Part shown: piece by piece, positions 26,552 through 40,350 of the stretch
Position numbering within the stretch: the first letter of the stretch is position 1
How the letters are laid out: the number at the start of each line of letters is the position of its first letter
Assembly: GCA_964016885.1 (NCBI GenBank)
Contig: OZ024740.1
Span: 314,712,001-314,776,000, forward strand
Source: Eledone cirrhosa
Lineage: Eukaryota
DNA: 64,000 bases
Reading direction: 5' to 3'
The notes under the pieces: model-generated
The model's database searches: none
Seen by the model: the letters and a program-made list of their open reading frames with translations, nothing else
Told to the model about the DNA's origin: nothing
Position numbers and translations under genes: made by a program

Positions 26552-26833
26552 CAAGGTTTAGCAAATAAGAAAAAGTTTCAAAATAAAATAAAAAAAATTC
26601 ACTGTACTCACTATGGTTACCTTTACCGAATCGGTTTCGAGTCTCAAAAATAAATGGACAGTCCTTGCGGCCTTCCATTGAAAAGATAAACTCACGTCAG
26701 TAGGTTCTTTTCACTCGGACTGTCCATTTATTTTTGAGACTCGAAACCGATTCGGTAAAGGTAACCATAGTGAGAACAGTGAATTTTTAAAAATTTATTT
26801 TGAAACTTTTTCTGATTTGCTAAACCTTGATTA
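26548..26833. mobile_element. Fold-back element family E; diverged copy at 37487-37608
   Basis: Arms 26548-26665 and 26717-26833. HHR on the minus arm. Confidence 0.8.
26619..26705 (-). ncRNA. Hammerhead ribozyme with long stem II (A9 mutated in this copy)
   Basis: ACCTA-CTGACGT-GAGTTT...AGACTC-GAAA-CCG(ATT)CGG-TA-AAGGT. Confidence 0.65.
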
Positions 26834-26835
26834 TA

Positions 26836-27492
26836 CATGTTCTGGCTCGTTAATTTATTAACCTGCCATTGAACCACATTGGCATATGGTTGGACAATAC
26901 ATGTGTCCCTAGACGCTTTTTGCGTGTAGGGATATATACTTTATTATTATTATATATTTCGTTTCTGAATTTGTTTAGCAAGATTCTTTATCTGAAAACG
27001 TATGTTGAAACCGATATTGTTATACTTTGGGAGGGTCACGTTGCCAATAAGAAACACACGCACCAGTTGCTTTCACTTCAATTTATTATAATAAATTTAT
27101 AAATTTAGGAATTTATAAATTTCCGGTTGGTTGTTTGGTTCCACAACCAGATGGTTGTTTATATATTGTCAAAGTTCTTTCGTCACACATTCTGTGACCT
27201 CTTCAGTGACTGGGGATTCTTTTCTTTGTTTTTGTGCCTCTCCTTTGTTCTGTCAGAACAAAAGAGAGGCACAAAAACAAAGAAAAGAATCCCCAGTCAC
27301 TGAAGAGGTCACAGAATGTGTGACGAAAGAACTTTGACAATATATAAACAACCATCTGGTTGTGGAACCAAACAACCAACCGGAAATTTATAAATTCCTC
27401 AATTTATAAATTTATTATAATAAATTGAAGTGAAAGCAACTGGTGCGTGTTTTTCTTATTGGCAACGTGACCCTCCCAAAGTATAACAATAT
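26836..27492. mobile_element. Fold-back element family F (~237-bp arms, 27014-27492, plus tail)
   Basis: Near-perfect palindrome centred on GTTCTGTCAGAAC (~27252), with an HHR in both arms. Confidence 0.85.
27296..27338 (+). ncRNA. Minimal hammerhead ribozyme (mirror copy 27168-27210 on -)
   Basis: GTCA-CTGAAGA-G-GTCACA(GAATG)TGTGAC-GAAA-GAAC-TT-TGAC. Confidence 0.75.
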
Positions 27493-27527
<35 letters not shown>

Positions 27528-28678
27528 CATACGTATTTTAACGTGGATTTTCATCTTCGTAGTCTTAACTGTATCGCTTCCAAATGTCTTTTCACATAAG
27601 ACTCATAATGTTAAATATTTCTGGGAATATTGTCGACATTTGCCCTACATTTTGGATGTGTGAGTTGCCCCTGGGCAAACCTGTTTCCACATGCTAATAG
27701 GATAATTTTATTTCTAAAAAGGTTTTACTACTGATATTTTACCTTTGGTTTTCTGATCACGTAGGTGGCAAATTGCCAGAATCATTAAAATATATAACAA
27801 AATGCCTTGGGGGTATTTATTTTGTTTCTCTGCTCTTTGAGTTCAAATCCTATCCAGGTCAACTTATTTTTCATCCTTCCTGAGGGTCAGAAAATACTTC
27901 AACCCCCAACAGTTACTGTTAACAAAGTTTAGGTGAGACTCACAATGAAGTACTGCTCTCACACCTGCGTCGGTGCTGTTGTTGCTAGAGTGATTCTAGG
28001 AAAAAGTCACCCAACTAATCGGTATAATGTATGAATGATCCCGTAATTCCTAAAGGAGTCGTAGCGGCACCGTATTGACATACGGCGTTTCTAGGGCATT
28101 GTAACAACCAGGCGGAGCCCATCTCCTCTCCATGTCTGAATACAGCAGATGATTTCTTCCAGAGAAAGATAAAAAGTGAAAGAGGGAAATTGAGAAAGCG
28201 ATATAGAGGAAGAATCTGGTACTTTTTTATCGACCGCAAAAGGATGAAAGATAAAGTTGATTTCGGTGGAATTTGAACTTAGAAGACAAAGAGCCGAAAC
28301 GAATACCGCAAATCATTCTATCTGACGTTCTAATGACTCTACCAATTCACCACCTTAATCGGTATAAAGTCACTTCCAAACCCGTCTCTGACTCCACAAA
28401 TGTTTTTTTTCGACTTTACTACAATGGTCACTGTTTTTTGAAGCTTGTTGGTATCATACTACATCAAGTTAGGCACTCTCTACTCACTTCTCTCTCCTCC
28501 TCTCATCACTCATGCTGTATACCACCTCCTCTTCCTCCGTCGATACAGCACAGAATATCATCTTCCTGGAACTTACTTCCCGCTCATGATTTTCGAAAAG
28601 ATGTGAATTCTAAGCGAATATTGGACGTCATGAATTTCTTTGGTCTTCTCTGTCACTGGAGCTAAAAAATGTTAACAA

Positions 28679-28711
<33 letters not shown>

Positions 28712-28772
28712 CAAGCAAATTATAAACGTAAACATGTAAGTATGTTTTTGAAACGGTGCGCGAGTTTGAAAT

Positions 28773-28964
28773 TAGAAATTAGAAATTATAAGCTTTCACA
28801 GTATTTTAGACTAAAGAAATTTCTAGCCTGATAGTGGGGTTTATAACCCTCGGAGAAATGTACGGCAACACTCATCTTTTTCCATTTCTCCGAGGGTTAT
28901 AAACCCCACTATTAGGGTAGAAATTTCTTTAGTCTAAAATACGGTGAAAGCTTATAATTTCTAA

Positions 28965-28971
<7 letters not shown>
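28773..28971. repeat. Fold-back palindrome (~88-bp arms) abutting (TA)n
   Basis: 28773-28860 is the reverse complement of 28883-28971 with about 4 mismatches. No clear HHR core. Confidence 0.8.
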
Positions 28972-29023
<52 letters not shown>

Positions 29024-29064
29024 CGAAACATAAGTCAATTGCATGAACTCATAATCCTTTATTT

Positions 29065-29120
29065 ACTGCTATATATATTTCGATGATAGCCATTGAATGG
29101 TTATGACCTCATCAGGCAGT
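29065..29120 (-). ncRNA. Hammerhead ribozyme with canonical core
   Basis: ACTGC-CTGATGA-GGTCATAACCA(TTCAA)TGGCTATCATC-GAAA-TATATA-TA-GCAGT. Perfect stem I, palindromic stem III. Confidence 0.8.
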
Positions 29121-29347
29121 TAGTCAGTTCTTAGATATGCCAGCTCTGTGTTTATGGTGTTGATGGCATCAGAGCCTTGGGACATATATATATGGGACAT
29201 ATATATATATATGAACTTAGGAAAATTAACAAAGAGAAGAAAAGACAACGAACGAAAACAAGGCAAAACGAAAAACAATGTTTTTTTGAAGGGGAAACCT
29301 TAAACATTTTAAAAAAAAAATAAAAATATAAACGAAAGACTCAGAAC

Positions 29348-29421
<74 letters not shown>

Positions 29422-29440
29422 GTTCTGAGTCTTTCGTTTG

Positions 29441-29492
<52 letters not shown>

Positions 29493-29500
29493 GGAGCAAA

Positions 29501-29658
29501 ATTATTTCTGAAGACGGCATATATATGAGTTGGTATGTATATTTAATTTTGATAGTTTGTATAATTTTGTATAATTTTGTATAATTTTGTACATAGATCT
29601 GTTAAATATACATGCCAATTCTAACACATATATATCCCAGAAACGATCGTTAAATAAT
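29501..29658 (+). ncRNA. Hammerhead ribozyme with a 125-nt stem II
   Basis: ATTATTT-CTGAAGA-[29515-29639 hairpin]-GAAA-CGATCG-TT-AAATAAT. 7-bp perfect stem I. Confidence 0.75.
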
Positions 29659-29715
29659 GAACTTTTTTTGTTTAATATAAGGAACTGTTTCATTGTTTTA
29701 TTCATTATTTTTTTA

Positions 29716-29758
<43 letters not shown>

Positions 29759-29903
29759 ATATATTGGAGTTCTGAGTCTTTCGTTTGTATTTTTATTTGA
29801 AACAAATTTTTTTTTAAGGTTTCCCCTTCAAAAAACATTGTTTTTCGTTTTGCCTTGTTTTCGTTCGTTGTCTTTTCTTCTCTTTGTTAATTTTCCTAAG
29901 TTC

Positions 29904-29937
<34 letters not shown>

Positions 29938-30157
29938 TTGTTAACATTTGTTAGATCCATTGGCAGAGGAAACCAAAGAGGTTCATGACGTCAATATTCG
30001 CTTGGACTGCCCCGAATTCACATCTTTTCGAAATCACTGTATTATTATTTTGTTCTTCTTGCTCTTCAATATGATGTCACTGACACTGTTAATTATAATG
30101 TATCTTAATGAACGTTCTAAAGACTAGGAATGTAATTACTTGTTCTAACATTGTATA

Positions 30158-30204
30158 TGCTCCGATGAGGTCAGACATCTGTCTGGAAGAAACGATCGTC
30201 AGCA
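30158..30204 (+). ncRNA. Hammerhead ribozyme, partly decayed
   Basis: TGCT-CCGATGA-GGTCAGACA(TC)TGTCTGGAA-GAAA-CGATCG-TC-AGCA. Confidence 0.6.
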
Positions 30205-30299
30205 ATTGAATGCATTAAAGAAAAATTTTATTGTTTTAGATGTTGTGTGTATATATATATATATATACAAGTGCCAACCTTCGTAGTTCTTTATACAGA

Positions 30300-30428
30300 G
30301 CTTAGAAAAACCGAGGACCGCTGCAATAAGTGTGAATCTGAGAGGGGAATAAGTCGAATAAAATCCTGATTAACTGATCCTCCTGTATTTTCTTTTACCC
30401 AAAGCTTGGAACGTTTCAGCACCCCCTC

Positions 30429-30430
<2 letters not shown>
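30300..30430 (-). mobile_element. Mariner-type terminal fragment
   Basis: Minus strand begins TA-CGAGGGGGTGCTGAAACGTTCC, a mariner-like TIR at a TA tract. Confidence 0.5.
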
Positions 30431-30470
<40 letters not shown>

Positions 30471-30528
30471 GCGCGTCACCTGTCAATAAATCCAATGAAG
30501 GAATAATCACTCGTCCTTGTTATCCTTT

Positions 30529-30609
<81 letters not shown>

Positions 30610-30765
30610 AAAGAATAGAGGTGTAACACACAAGTTATTATATATTGGTAAACGGAATAGAAAATGCTGACAAATTGTTCACAGTTGAAAAATGGTTTAA
30701 TTAGGAATAAAAGAGTATTAGTGATTGTATGGGTTAGTATTCAGTTGTGGTTTTAAGTTTTTAAG

Positions 30766-30803
30766 TTTTTACCGGTTGCGCATTTCTAAATGCTTTTCAA
30801 AAA
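30766..30803 (-). ncRNA. Minimal U3:A8 hammerhead (A13 mutated)
   Basis: TTT-TTGAAAA-GCATTT(AG)AAATGC-GCAA-CCGG-TA-AAA. Same architecture as 2669-2706 with different stems. Confidence 0.6.
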
Positions 30804-30886
30804 TAATTTTGAGATAGAGTGTCCGTGCTGTTTGCTCTGATCTGTATCTATCTGTGTTTTGTTTGGGTATATATTATATATTATAT

Positions 30887-30941
<55 letters not shown>

Positions 30942-31003
30942 ACGTAAAATAAGTAAAATTTTAAAAAAATTTTAAAAAATTAACTTACTTACTAAAATTT
31001 TCA

Positions 31004-31083
31004 CTCCAACTAATTAGTTTCTGCAATGGGATAAAGACAGTTACGTAATAAACTGTTGAGAATTTCATTGCGTCATCAGGGAG
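31004..31083 (-). ncRNA. Hammerhead ribozyme with canonical core and extended stem II
   Basis: CTCC-CTGATGA-C-GCAATG..ACAGTT(TATTACGT)AACTGT..CATTGC-A-GAAA-CTAATTAG-TT-GGAG. Confidence 0.8.
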
Positions 31084-31540
31084 GTCTATTCTCAGCTAAG
31101 TCGCCAGGCAATGCGCGGACACTGGGGACTCATATAAAAATAATAATAATTCGGTAAATGGAACAGCTAGCGGGGGCTGGATTCCATGCACTGAAAATCT
31201 CGTTGTCACTGGTCAAAAGATAGATTCTAAAGAATCAATCACGTGACACTGAGGCTAGTCGGTAGGAGTGGGATGGTAACATGACAGAAGCCTACTAACA
31301 CACCAAGAAAATTTTTAGTAGTGGTTTTGGCAGGTTTGCTCGACAAAGTGATTTGGAGGTAAATATAGAGAATTTAGTATATCTACTAACATATGCGTGC
31401 AGATGTACGCTAATGTCAGCAAATACACAGGTTATGTCATAGTACCTAGGTGGTTCAATGCAGGAGGATGCAGAACAATAATATAAAAGACGTAAAATAA
31501 GAAAATTAAAAAAAAATTTTAAAAAATTAACTTACTTACT

Positions 31541-31623
<83 letters not shown>

Positions 31624-31946
31624 ATATATAATATATACCCAAACAAAACACAGATAGATACAAGAACACATCTTCACTTACAGACATCGTTAATAGGACA
31701 CACCCATTATGTACGAAACAATTGTTGGCATATAGACAAAGAAGGATGCATACATAGACAACAAGACTTAAACACAAATGCACAGACACCACCAAACATG
31801 TTAACACATTATGTTTATATATATACACATACATAGAAGAACGTAAAGCAAACACAAGGACATATAGACATGGATTCACTAAACGATGTACTCAGACATA
31901 ATATTACATACACACACACGCTCACGTACACACACACATACATACA

Positions 31947-31993
<47 letters not shown>

Positions 31994-32769
31994 ACACACT
32001 CATAGCCCCACACATTCTTTATCTCACACACACTCTCTCTCCTCTCCCTCTCTAAAACGCACACTCCACATACTATCTATCTCCATATCTCTCCCCCCTC
32101 TCACTCTGTCTCTCCCTCTCACACACACTCTCTCTTCGTCTCTCACTCTCTATCACACACACACACACTCTCTCTCACTCTCACTCTCATAACCCCATAC
32201 ATTCCTTCTCTCACACACACTCTCTCTCTTCTCTCCTTCTCTATCCCACAAATACACTATCTCTCTCTCTCCATCTGTCTCCCTCCCCTGTTTCTCTCTC
32301 TCACTCATACTCTCTTCTTCTCTCCTTCTCTATCACACACACAGCCTCTAACTCCATCTCTTTCCCTCCGTCCCTCTGTCTCTCCATCTCACCCCCCTTC
32401 CCTCTCCCGCACACATCTAAACACATGGAGTACTATATATTGTTATAAGTTACAAGTATTTTATATATATATCCAATTGGCAATAAAAATGTAATGAAAA
32501 TCTAATCTAAAAGTGTTAATATTTTAAAAATTTTTAAATTTTTTGATTTTAATCATTCTATTTTCTTCTACTTTATATCTCTGAGTGGAAACAATCTTTT
32601 ATGAAATCGCTTTACTATATGATGGAAAGATATAAAGGTACAAGCTAGACATAAATAAATGGAAGCATGCCTGGTATTCAGTTAGAAAAGGGAAAGAAAC
32701 TCAAAATTTTTCAGTTCATATTTATTTAAAAAACCCCAGCTTTTTTAAAATCGTTTTTAAAAAGAGTTT

Positions 32770-33060
32770 CACATCGTTCTCCGATAGTTTTGTGGCTGCA
32801 CATACGACAATGGAGACTTCTGGTGTTCTTGGCTCCCATACCACCTCTTCCTTCACTGCTATCAGGGGCAGACTTGGCCACCCACATGAGTCAGCCGCAC
32901 GTGTTGGAATGGCTGTTCCAACGCGTCTCCATCGATATACTCCGGGACAACGTTTTTCTCCATTCTGTCCGCTGGGATCACGAAGCGGGTGGCACACATG
33001 AACTCCCACACACCAGAGAACGCTCTCCCGTACCACCCGGGCCCGGACCTCTGGGGTTGT
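32770..33060 (+). mobile_element. CRE-clade 3' fragment
   Basis: METSGVLG...; EWLFQRVSIDILRDN. Homologous to 7290-7620. Confidence 0.65.
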
Positions 33061-34636
33061 GATGTTTAACCACACCTTAAAATGTTGATTGTATCAATTT
33101 AAACCATCACCGGCGATAGTTAACACAGTCACTGATCTGCTACATAATCAATCATTCGCAATCATTCGATAGAAATAGCAACGAACTCACCGTCAATAGT
33201 CATAGCTGGAATGTTCTTTGGTCACAGTGGTTTTTCTCTACCAGAGCTAACCTAGGGCTAAACAACACAAGAAATGTCAACACCAGCGAGGAAAGTTCTT
33301 CATGGTTGTTTGACCTGCTAGATATAGCGGCCAAGTCTCCTTGAAATCTTACAAAATGAAAACCCATTGGACAATGTAGTCCTGCATATACAAAAATATA
33401 GGATCGTCATGGTTAAAACGTCTTTGATCATAAGCCTGCTCTCTCAAGGGTAACCTGGGGCTAAACTATAGCAACAATTATAGAAAGGGTCTTTTCTTGG
33501 ATTTATTAAATCAGAAGGCGAAACGGTACTGAAAAAATGTAAGAATTAATTTTGAAACAACTCGTAAAAGACGTTAGACGTACGCCAATGTGAGCGCTAT
33601 GACAATATGACAGTTATGGCTTGTTAGAAAACTAGTGTTCGACAGATTAATGAAAGAGTTGTAATGCTATTTGTGTAAACTGTAAAGAATGTATTTACCG
33701 ATGGCTTTTTCCAGTGCAATTCAGTCGTTCCACTCATTCTTTTCCTGCTCAACTCACCGTTGGTAAAAACTGATACCAATAGGTGTCAAATCTGAATTCG
33801 AATCTCGACGGAGGCTCAAAACGAACATTGTGAAGTCATTTATGAATACGTTGATATTACAGTGGAACATTTGCAGAGTATGGTTGAGGATAAAGGAGGG
33901 AATAAAAAGGTACGTTTTGCACCAAATTTTGACTTTTAAATTTCTTGGATTTGCTTGAATTTTGGAATAAAATTCTTATTTGGGTCGACCTCGTTAAAAA
34001 CAAAAGTTAAGAATAGGAAAATAAGTGGGGAAAAATGTGCAATTTTAATGGTTTGAAGAGATGGAGGTATAAACCTTTTTCTCTTCAAACTATTAAAAGC
34101 GTAGATGATATATGTCATGATGAATTAGCAGCAGCTATTGACAAATACTATAGAGACAAAGAGTCTCGCATGGAGGGTTAAAACCGTGGAATTAAATAGA
34201 GGAATATGATTGTTCTCGTCAAATAGTTAAGTATTAATCACTTTAGTCATGTAATGGTAACATTTTGCAGTGTTTCAGTGAAATTCTATCGAGTTGATGA
34301 CATTTGTTGAAGTTCTTTGATTTGACATTTAAAAACAGATCGTTTACGTATTGCGTTTTGGTTTTGTCGTGCTTAATCCGCAGATTTTCGTGTCGCCGTT
34401 TCTGTATTACTTGTATATCTTTTGAGGATTCAAACTGCAAGCGTAATTAATTAGTTTTGTTACATTCCATATTTTTCTATATTTCTGAAGAAAGAAGAAC
34501 ACGTGACACATTTCTATATTATTATTATTTTTGCTCCTTCTATCTGGAGTTGCGACCGATAGATAGTATTAACAATTGGAAAGACCAATGGAAACATTGT
34601 TTCCTCGGTCCGATTTGACAAAAGTCGATCGACTGA

Positions 34637-34678
<42 letters not shown>

Positions 34679-36102
34679 GCTTGAACAAAATGAACAATAA
34701 TCACGTAAACCGCAGATTTCCTTCTCTGAGAAGAATGCCGTGACAACAACTTGGGGTCCTTCAATCTTAGTGAATTTATTGCGTGCCCTGACACTAACAA
34801 GGGATGGGATTTGAGTCTATGCGCACGGCTGGGTTGTCATATATATGAGTAAGGAATCACACCTATCCAGGCTTTGAAATCAGAGTGACCCTTCTCCTAC
34901 ACATACTGGTACACTAGGAGACGATTTTTGTCTTCCTGGAGTAACTGGTTTTTAGGCACCAGTAAATCACCTTTACCCCTTCTCCTTGTCAGTTCCAAAT
35001 ATCTCTACTACGGAAAGGCCAGGCACTGGAACTCGGTTGTCAGAGGTTATAATGGACACAAGCCGTTTTGGTGTGAACGTGTGTGTGTGTATGTTATGGT
35101 TATCATTTCTGGTTTGTGAGTAGGCCTGAGAATCTACTCTCTACTAAAATTAATATAGTAGATTCTCAGGCTTACTTCCATCCCGGCAATGATAATCTTA
35201 GCACACACACACAGAGAAATAGGTAGATAGTTGACATGTATTAATGTATGTGTGTGATATGTGTCTAATGTGGTTCCAAAATCTGACCAGTAAGGACTCA
35301 AAAGTCTTAGGAGTTCTGAAACTCTTGACTAAGTACAGATACGAAGTTTAGTAATATTGAGACAAACCATTCTTCCTCCACTCAATTGACTTACTTAAAA
35401 TGAGGCCAAGCGTCTCATGGAGAAAATAGGTTCTGGGACAGATGGCTTTCGTGATAAGTAAAAATAATCAAACAGTACTTGTAGGAAATGGAGGTTAATC
35501 ACGTGACACACAACTGTGTAGGTTATAAAGCCACACTGTTTATGTGGTGTTTTATTTTCACTTCGTTGCGTGATTTTATGAGGAAATAATAAGATGAGTA
35601 AGTTGAATAAGTAAAAGACTTAAGAATTTCCTAGTATAAACTTACTGATAAAAAGAAAGTAGGGATTGACTTTCGAGTGGGAGAGGCTAAGTTAAATAAA
35701 ATATTCTAGTTTAATAGACCACGACCACTAGATATCAATTTTTTCATTTCAGTGGCAATCAAAAAGATGTTGTAATGTCAATCTTGCAAATATTTGATAA
35801 AATAACAGGATATATATAGGATTTATTCCATTTGTTCCGGAAGGAGAAAATATCCACATGAACAAAACAAGATTTAAAATATATATATATATATACTGTA
35901 TATACGTACATAAGACCGTTATTGCTCCAACCAGTCTACAAACACTCACTAAACACCCTAAACCGAACGCCAGCCTGTACTCATGACTCCTGCCAAACCA
36001 AACCGTACTCACCCTCCAAATTCGGCTAATTAATCGTGGACCACCCATATTCCCCAAATCGGTATACGTAGCCGGACAGCAACAGCCACCATGTATATAT
36101 AT

Positions 36103-36315
36103 AAATTTCGCTGAGAATAACTTAGCCTGTATACCATAGTGGAAGATAATATATATATATATATTATCTTCCACTATGATATACAGGCTAAGTTATAACT
36201 TAGCCTGTATATCATAGTGGAAGATAACTTAGCCTGTATATCATAGTGGAAGATAATATATATATATATTATCTTCCACTATGATATACAGGCTAAGTTA
36301 TTCTCAGCGAAATTT
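36103..36315. repeat. Nested palindrome of a ~30-bp unit alternating in orientation around short (TA)n
   Basis: TAACTTAGCCTGTATATCATAGTGGAAGATAA in F-R-F-F-R order. The outer arms extend to AAATTTCGCTGAGAA / TTCTCAGCGAAATTT. Confidence 0.9.
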
Positions 36316-36825
36316 GAACTCAGAATGTAAAGGAATGTAATTAAATACCATGGGGCACTTTATTGGATATTTTAAGGATTCTGTCAATTGAACATTAGGT
36401 AAAACATTAGATTTGAAACACTCTTGTAAAATAACGGAAGGAATCCTTACGAATGAGTCGGAATGTTTTTCAAGAAGAATTTTTTTAATTTGTTTGAGTT
36501 ACATTCCTGTGAGGAACATCTATTACTGAACTTAGGATCTTAGGAGAAAAGCGTTGATCGGCAAGAATATGAGAAAGTCATTGAAAAGAAGGAATGACCT
36601 TTTTTTTAACAATCTGGTAAAGTAAGTTATCTGATTAACAGCTAAGTTACTGTTAAATTATCCAATTTATAATATGATATGGTCCCACGATTCCTGATGG
36701 AATCATAGATGCACTGAAGCGGCATATAGCATTTCCTGAGCATTTTATAAAAGCCTGGATGAGCCCATCCCTCGCCAGGTCTGAACTCAGCAGATTTTTC
36801 CAGAGAAGGTTAGAAAGTGAGAGAG

Positions 36826-38245
<1,420 letters not shown>

Positions 38246-38855
38246 GTAAGGTCACCAGTTGGTGCTACTGGTAACATGTATCCCAGTACAACCTGTATCA
38301 TGGTCGGGTCGTTGGCGACTAAACTGGCAACCCCACCAAGGTTTCTTGGTGAGGAGGGTGACTTTGGACATCCTACAGGACTAAAAACAAAACCTGTCAA
38401 AGGGCAAAGGAGCTCTTAAGAGTCAATGGCCATCCAAAATCACAGGGAGAGATAACCCCTTAGCCTTTGTCAAGGCAGAATTCTAGGAGAAGGAAAACTC
38501 TGATATAATACCTGCAACCCTGATGGTATCCAATGATGTTGACTTGTTCTTCTTTTTGGTAAATATCATCTTGGTTAAGAGAGTGGGACTGGCTTTGTGC
38601 AGTGCTTTTGCTCACTATAAAAGCTTCACGGCACAGGCATTGCTTTATATCTGGAGATCTCTCTGTACTTGTCGTCACATGGTACCATGGGCCCAGCACT
38701 GTGTGTCAATGATTGTCACAAGTGTAGTGTTTGTACCAGAGTTTTCAAGTCGCTGGCTGGACTAAAAAGTCACACTCGTTCAGCGCATCGGTAGAGGTTC
38801 TCCTACATGGATATAAAGTAGTGGCAGTACTCGAAAACGAGTTGGCAGCCACCAT
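38246..38855 (+). mobile_element. ~600-bp bipartite non-autonomous RTE derivative
   Basis: RTE-like 5' UTR (…CTAGGAGAAGGAAAACTCTGAT…) joined to a terminal C2H2 zinc-finger coding segment and a 3' end GGCAGCCACCAT-(TA/TATG)n. Confidence 0.8.
38687..38794 (+). CDS. 35-aa C2H2 zinc-finger micro-ORF (RTE C-terminal finger); translation unproven
   Basis: ACCATGG start; [35 protein letters not shown]. The frame is open in all five copies. Confidence 0.45.
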   Translation: MGPALCVNDCHKCSVCTRVFKSLAGLKSHTRSAHR

Positions 38856-38918
38856 ATATATATATATATGTATATATATATATGTATATGTATATATATA
38901 TATATGTATATATATATG

Positions 38919-38967
<49 letters not shown>

Positions 38968-39916
38968 TATATATAAGTCCATTAGGTGTTCCAGCCGACA
39001 GGCTGAGGCTATGCTGGGACACGATATTCTACGAAACGTTGAGCGAGTTTCGAATTCGAATTGCTTTGAAATTAATTTAACATAAACATAACAGCTAAAG
39101 TCCGAATAAATTGCAGACGGTAAAAGTAGACAGCGTAAGACGTTGGACTTGAACTCACACCTTTCATATACCGGACGGGTGTGTTAACATTACTCCTAAG
39201 TGACAGTTATCACTCCTTTCCGTTTTTAAACCAATTACCCAGAAATATAAATAAACATTATATTTTTAGAAAACTTGAGTGTCTTACAAATTCCTTTGAA
39301 ATTAAGTTAACTTGACTTAAAGTTATTAGATTCAGCACGTGCTGTCCACTTTTTCCTGTTTCCAGGGTCTGATACGCCCAACCAAGATTATTTCGCATAG
39401 TTAAAATCAAGCTTTAACCTTTTAGTATTTACATTACTCGATATTTACTATTATATTTTCATGGTAAACACATTATTTCACATAATTATCTCACATAATA
39501 TAGAATCTATAAGATTTTGATATTATTTATATAGAGAACTACACCTTAATATCAGTGTGAGCGGCTGGTTATGGCCGATTTGAACAGAAAGGGTTAAAGC
39601 CGTAAACTTTTAGTTAAAGAAACTTAATTTCATATATAAAGTGCAAATGCCACATTACGAATATACACTTGGTTAGCACTCTCAGGCAAGTTTTGCTCGA
39701 TACACGTTCACACCATATCTCATTGAGTGAGTAATTGTGAACAAATGGGTTTATGGCAAATACTCACTATAACCTAGGAACTCTCAAATTCGTTGGAATT
39801 TCAATTTTCAAATTGGATATTCACTCTGAAACTGAATCTACACTCGGACTTTACCTGAACTTCCTCCAGGAAATCTTTTTGTATCACTGATATTTTCTTT
39901 GCTTCTTGCAAGCAAT

Positions 39917-40092
39917 ATCGGTAGAGGGTCGGACGCCATCCTTTGCAGCATAAAGTTACGCCCCTTTACGAGCTGAGTTCAAATCACGCCGAGGTTAACT
40001 TTGCCTTTCATTCTTACGGGGTCGATAAAATAAAGTACCAGTAATGTACTGGAATAATTACTGGCCTTGTGCCAAAAATAGAAACAATTATT
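39917..40092 (+). mobile_element. SINE type A (further copies ~44805-44876 -, 49975-50095 +, 59345-59410 +, 63790-63965 -)
   Basis: Collinear with 17383-17570. Confidence 0.8.
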
Positions 40093-40219
40093 TAAATATA
40101 CCACGACACTCTATCACTGTTCCTTCTCTGTACTCTGTCATCTTGCCCAATCTCAAAAAACATTTTTTTTTCCGATTCTGCCCTGCCTATCCCTTCAATC
40201 TTTCTAATTTCTCATTCTT

Positions 40220-40255
40220 TCTTCTGATGAAAGACTAGCGTCCGAAACGTTAAAA
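40220..40255 (+). ncRNA. Minimal hammerhead motif in a probable PLE 3' fragment (~40095-40340)
   Basis: TT-CTGATGA-AAGAC(TAGC)GTCC-GAAA-CGTT-AA with a palindromic AACGTT stem III. Confidence 0.55.
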
Positions 40256-40350
40256 CTCTCTTCCTGCTATTTCAAGCGCTAAACTAATATAATCCTTCCA
40301 TATACTCTACCGATTGTGTTGTTATTTCTGTTTACCTTTTACATACATAC

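Noticed and set aside
38460-38765. Recurrent 79-80-aa ORFs (MLGPWYHV..., MVSNDVDL...) as a gene family
   Set aside because: They recur only because the element is repeated and have no recognisable domain. The informative frame is the zinc-finger one.
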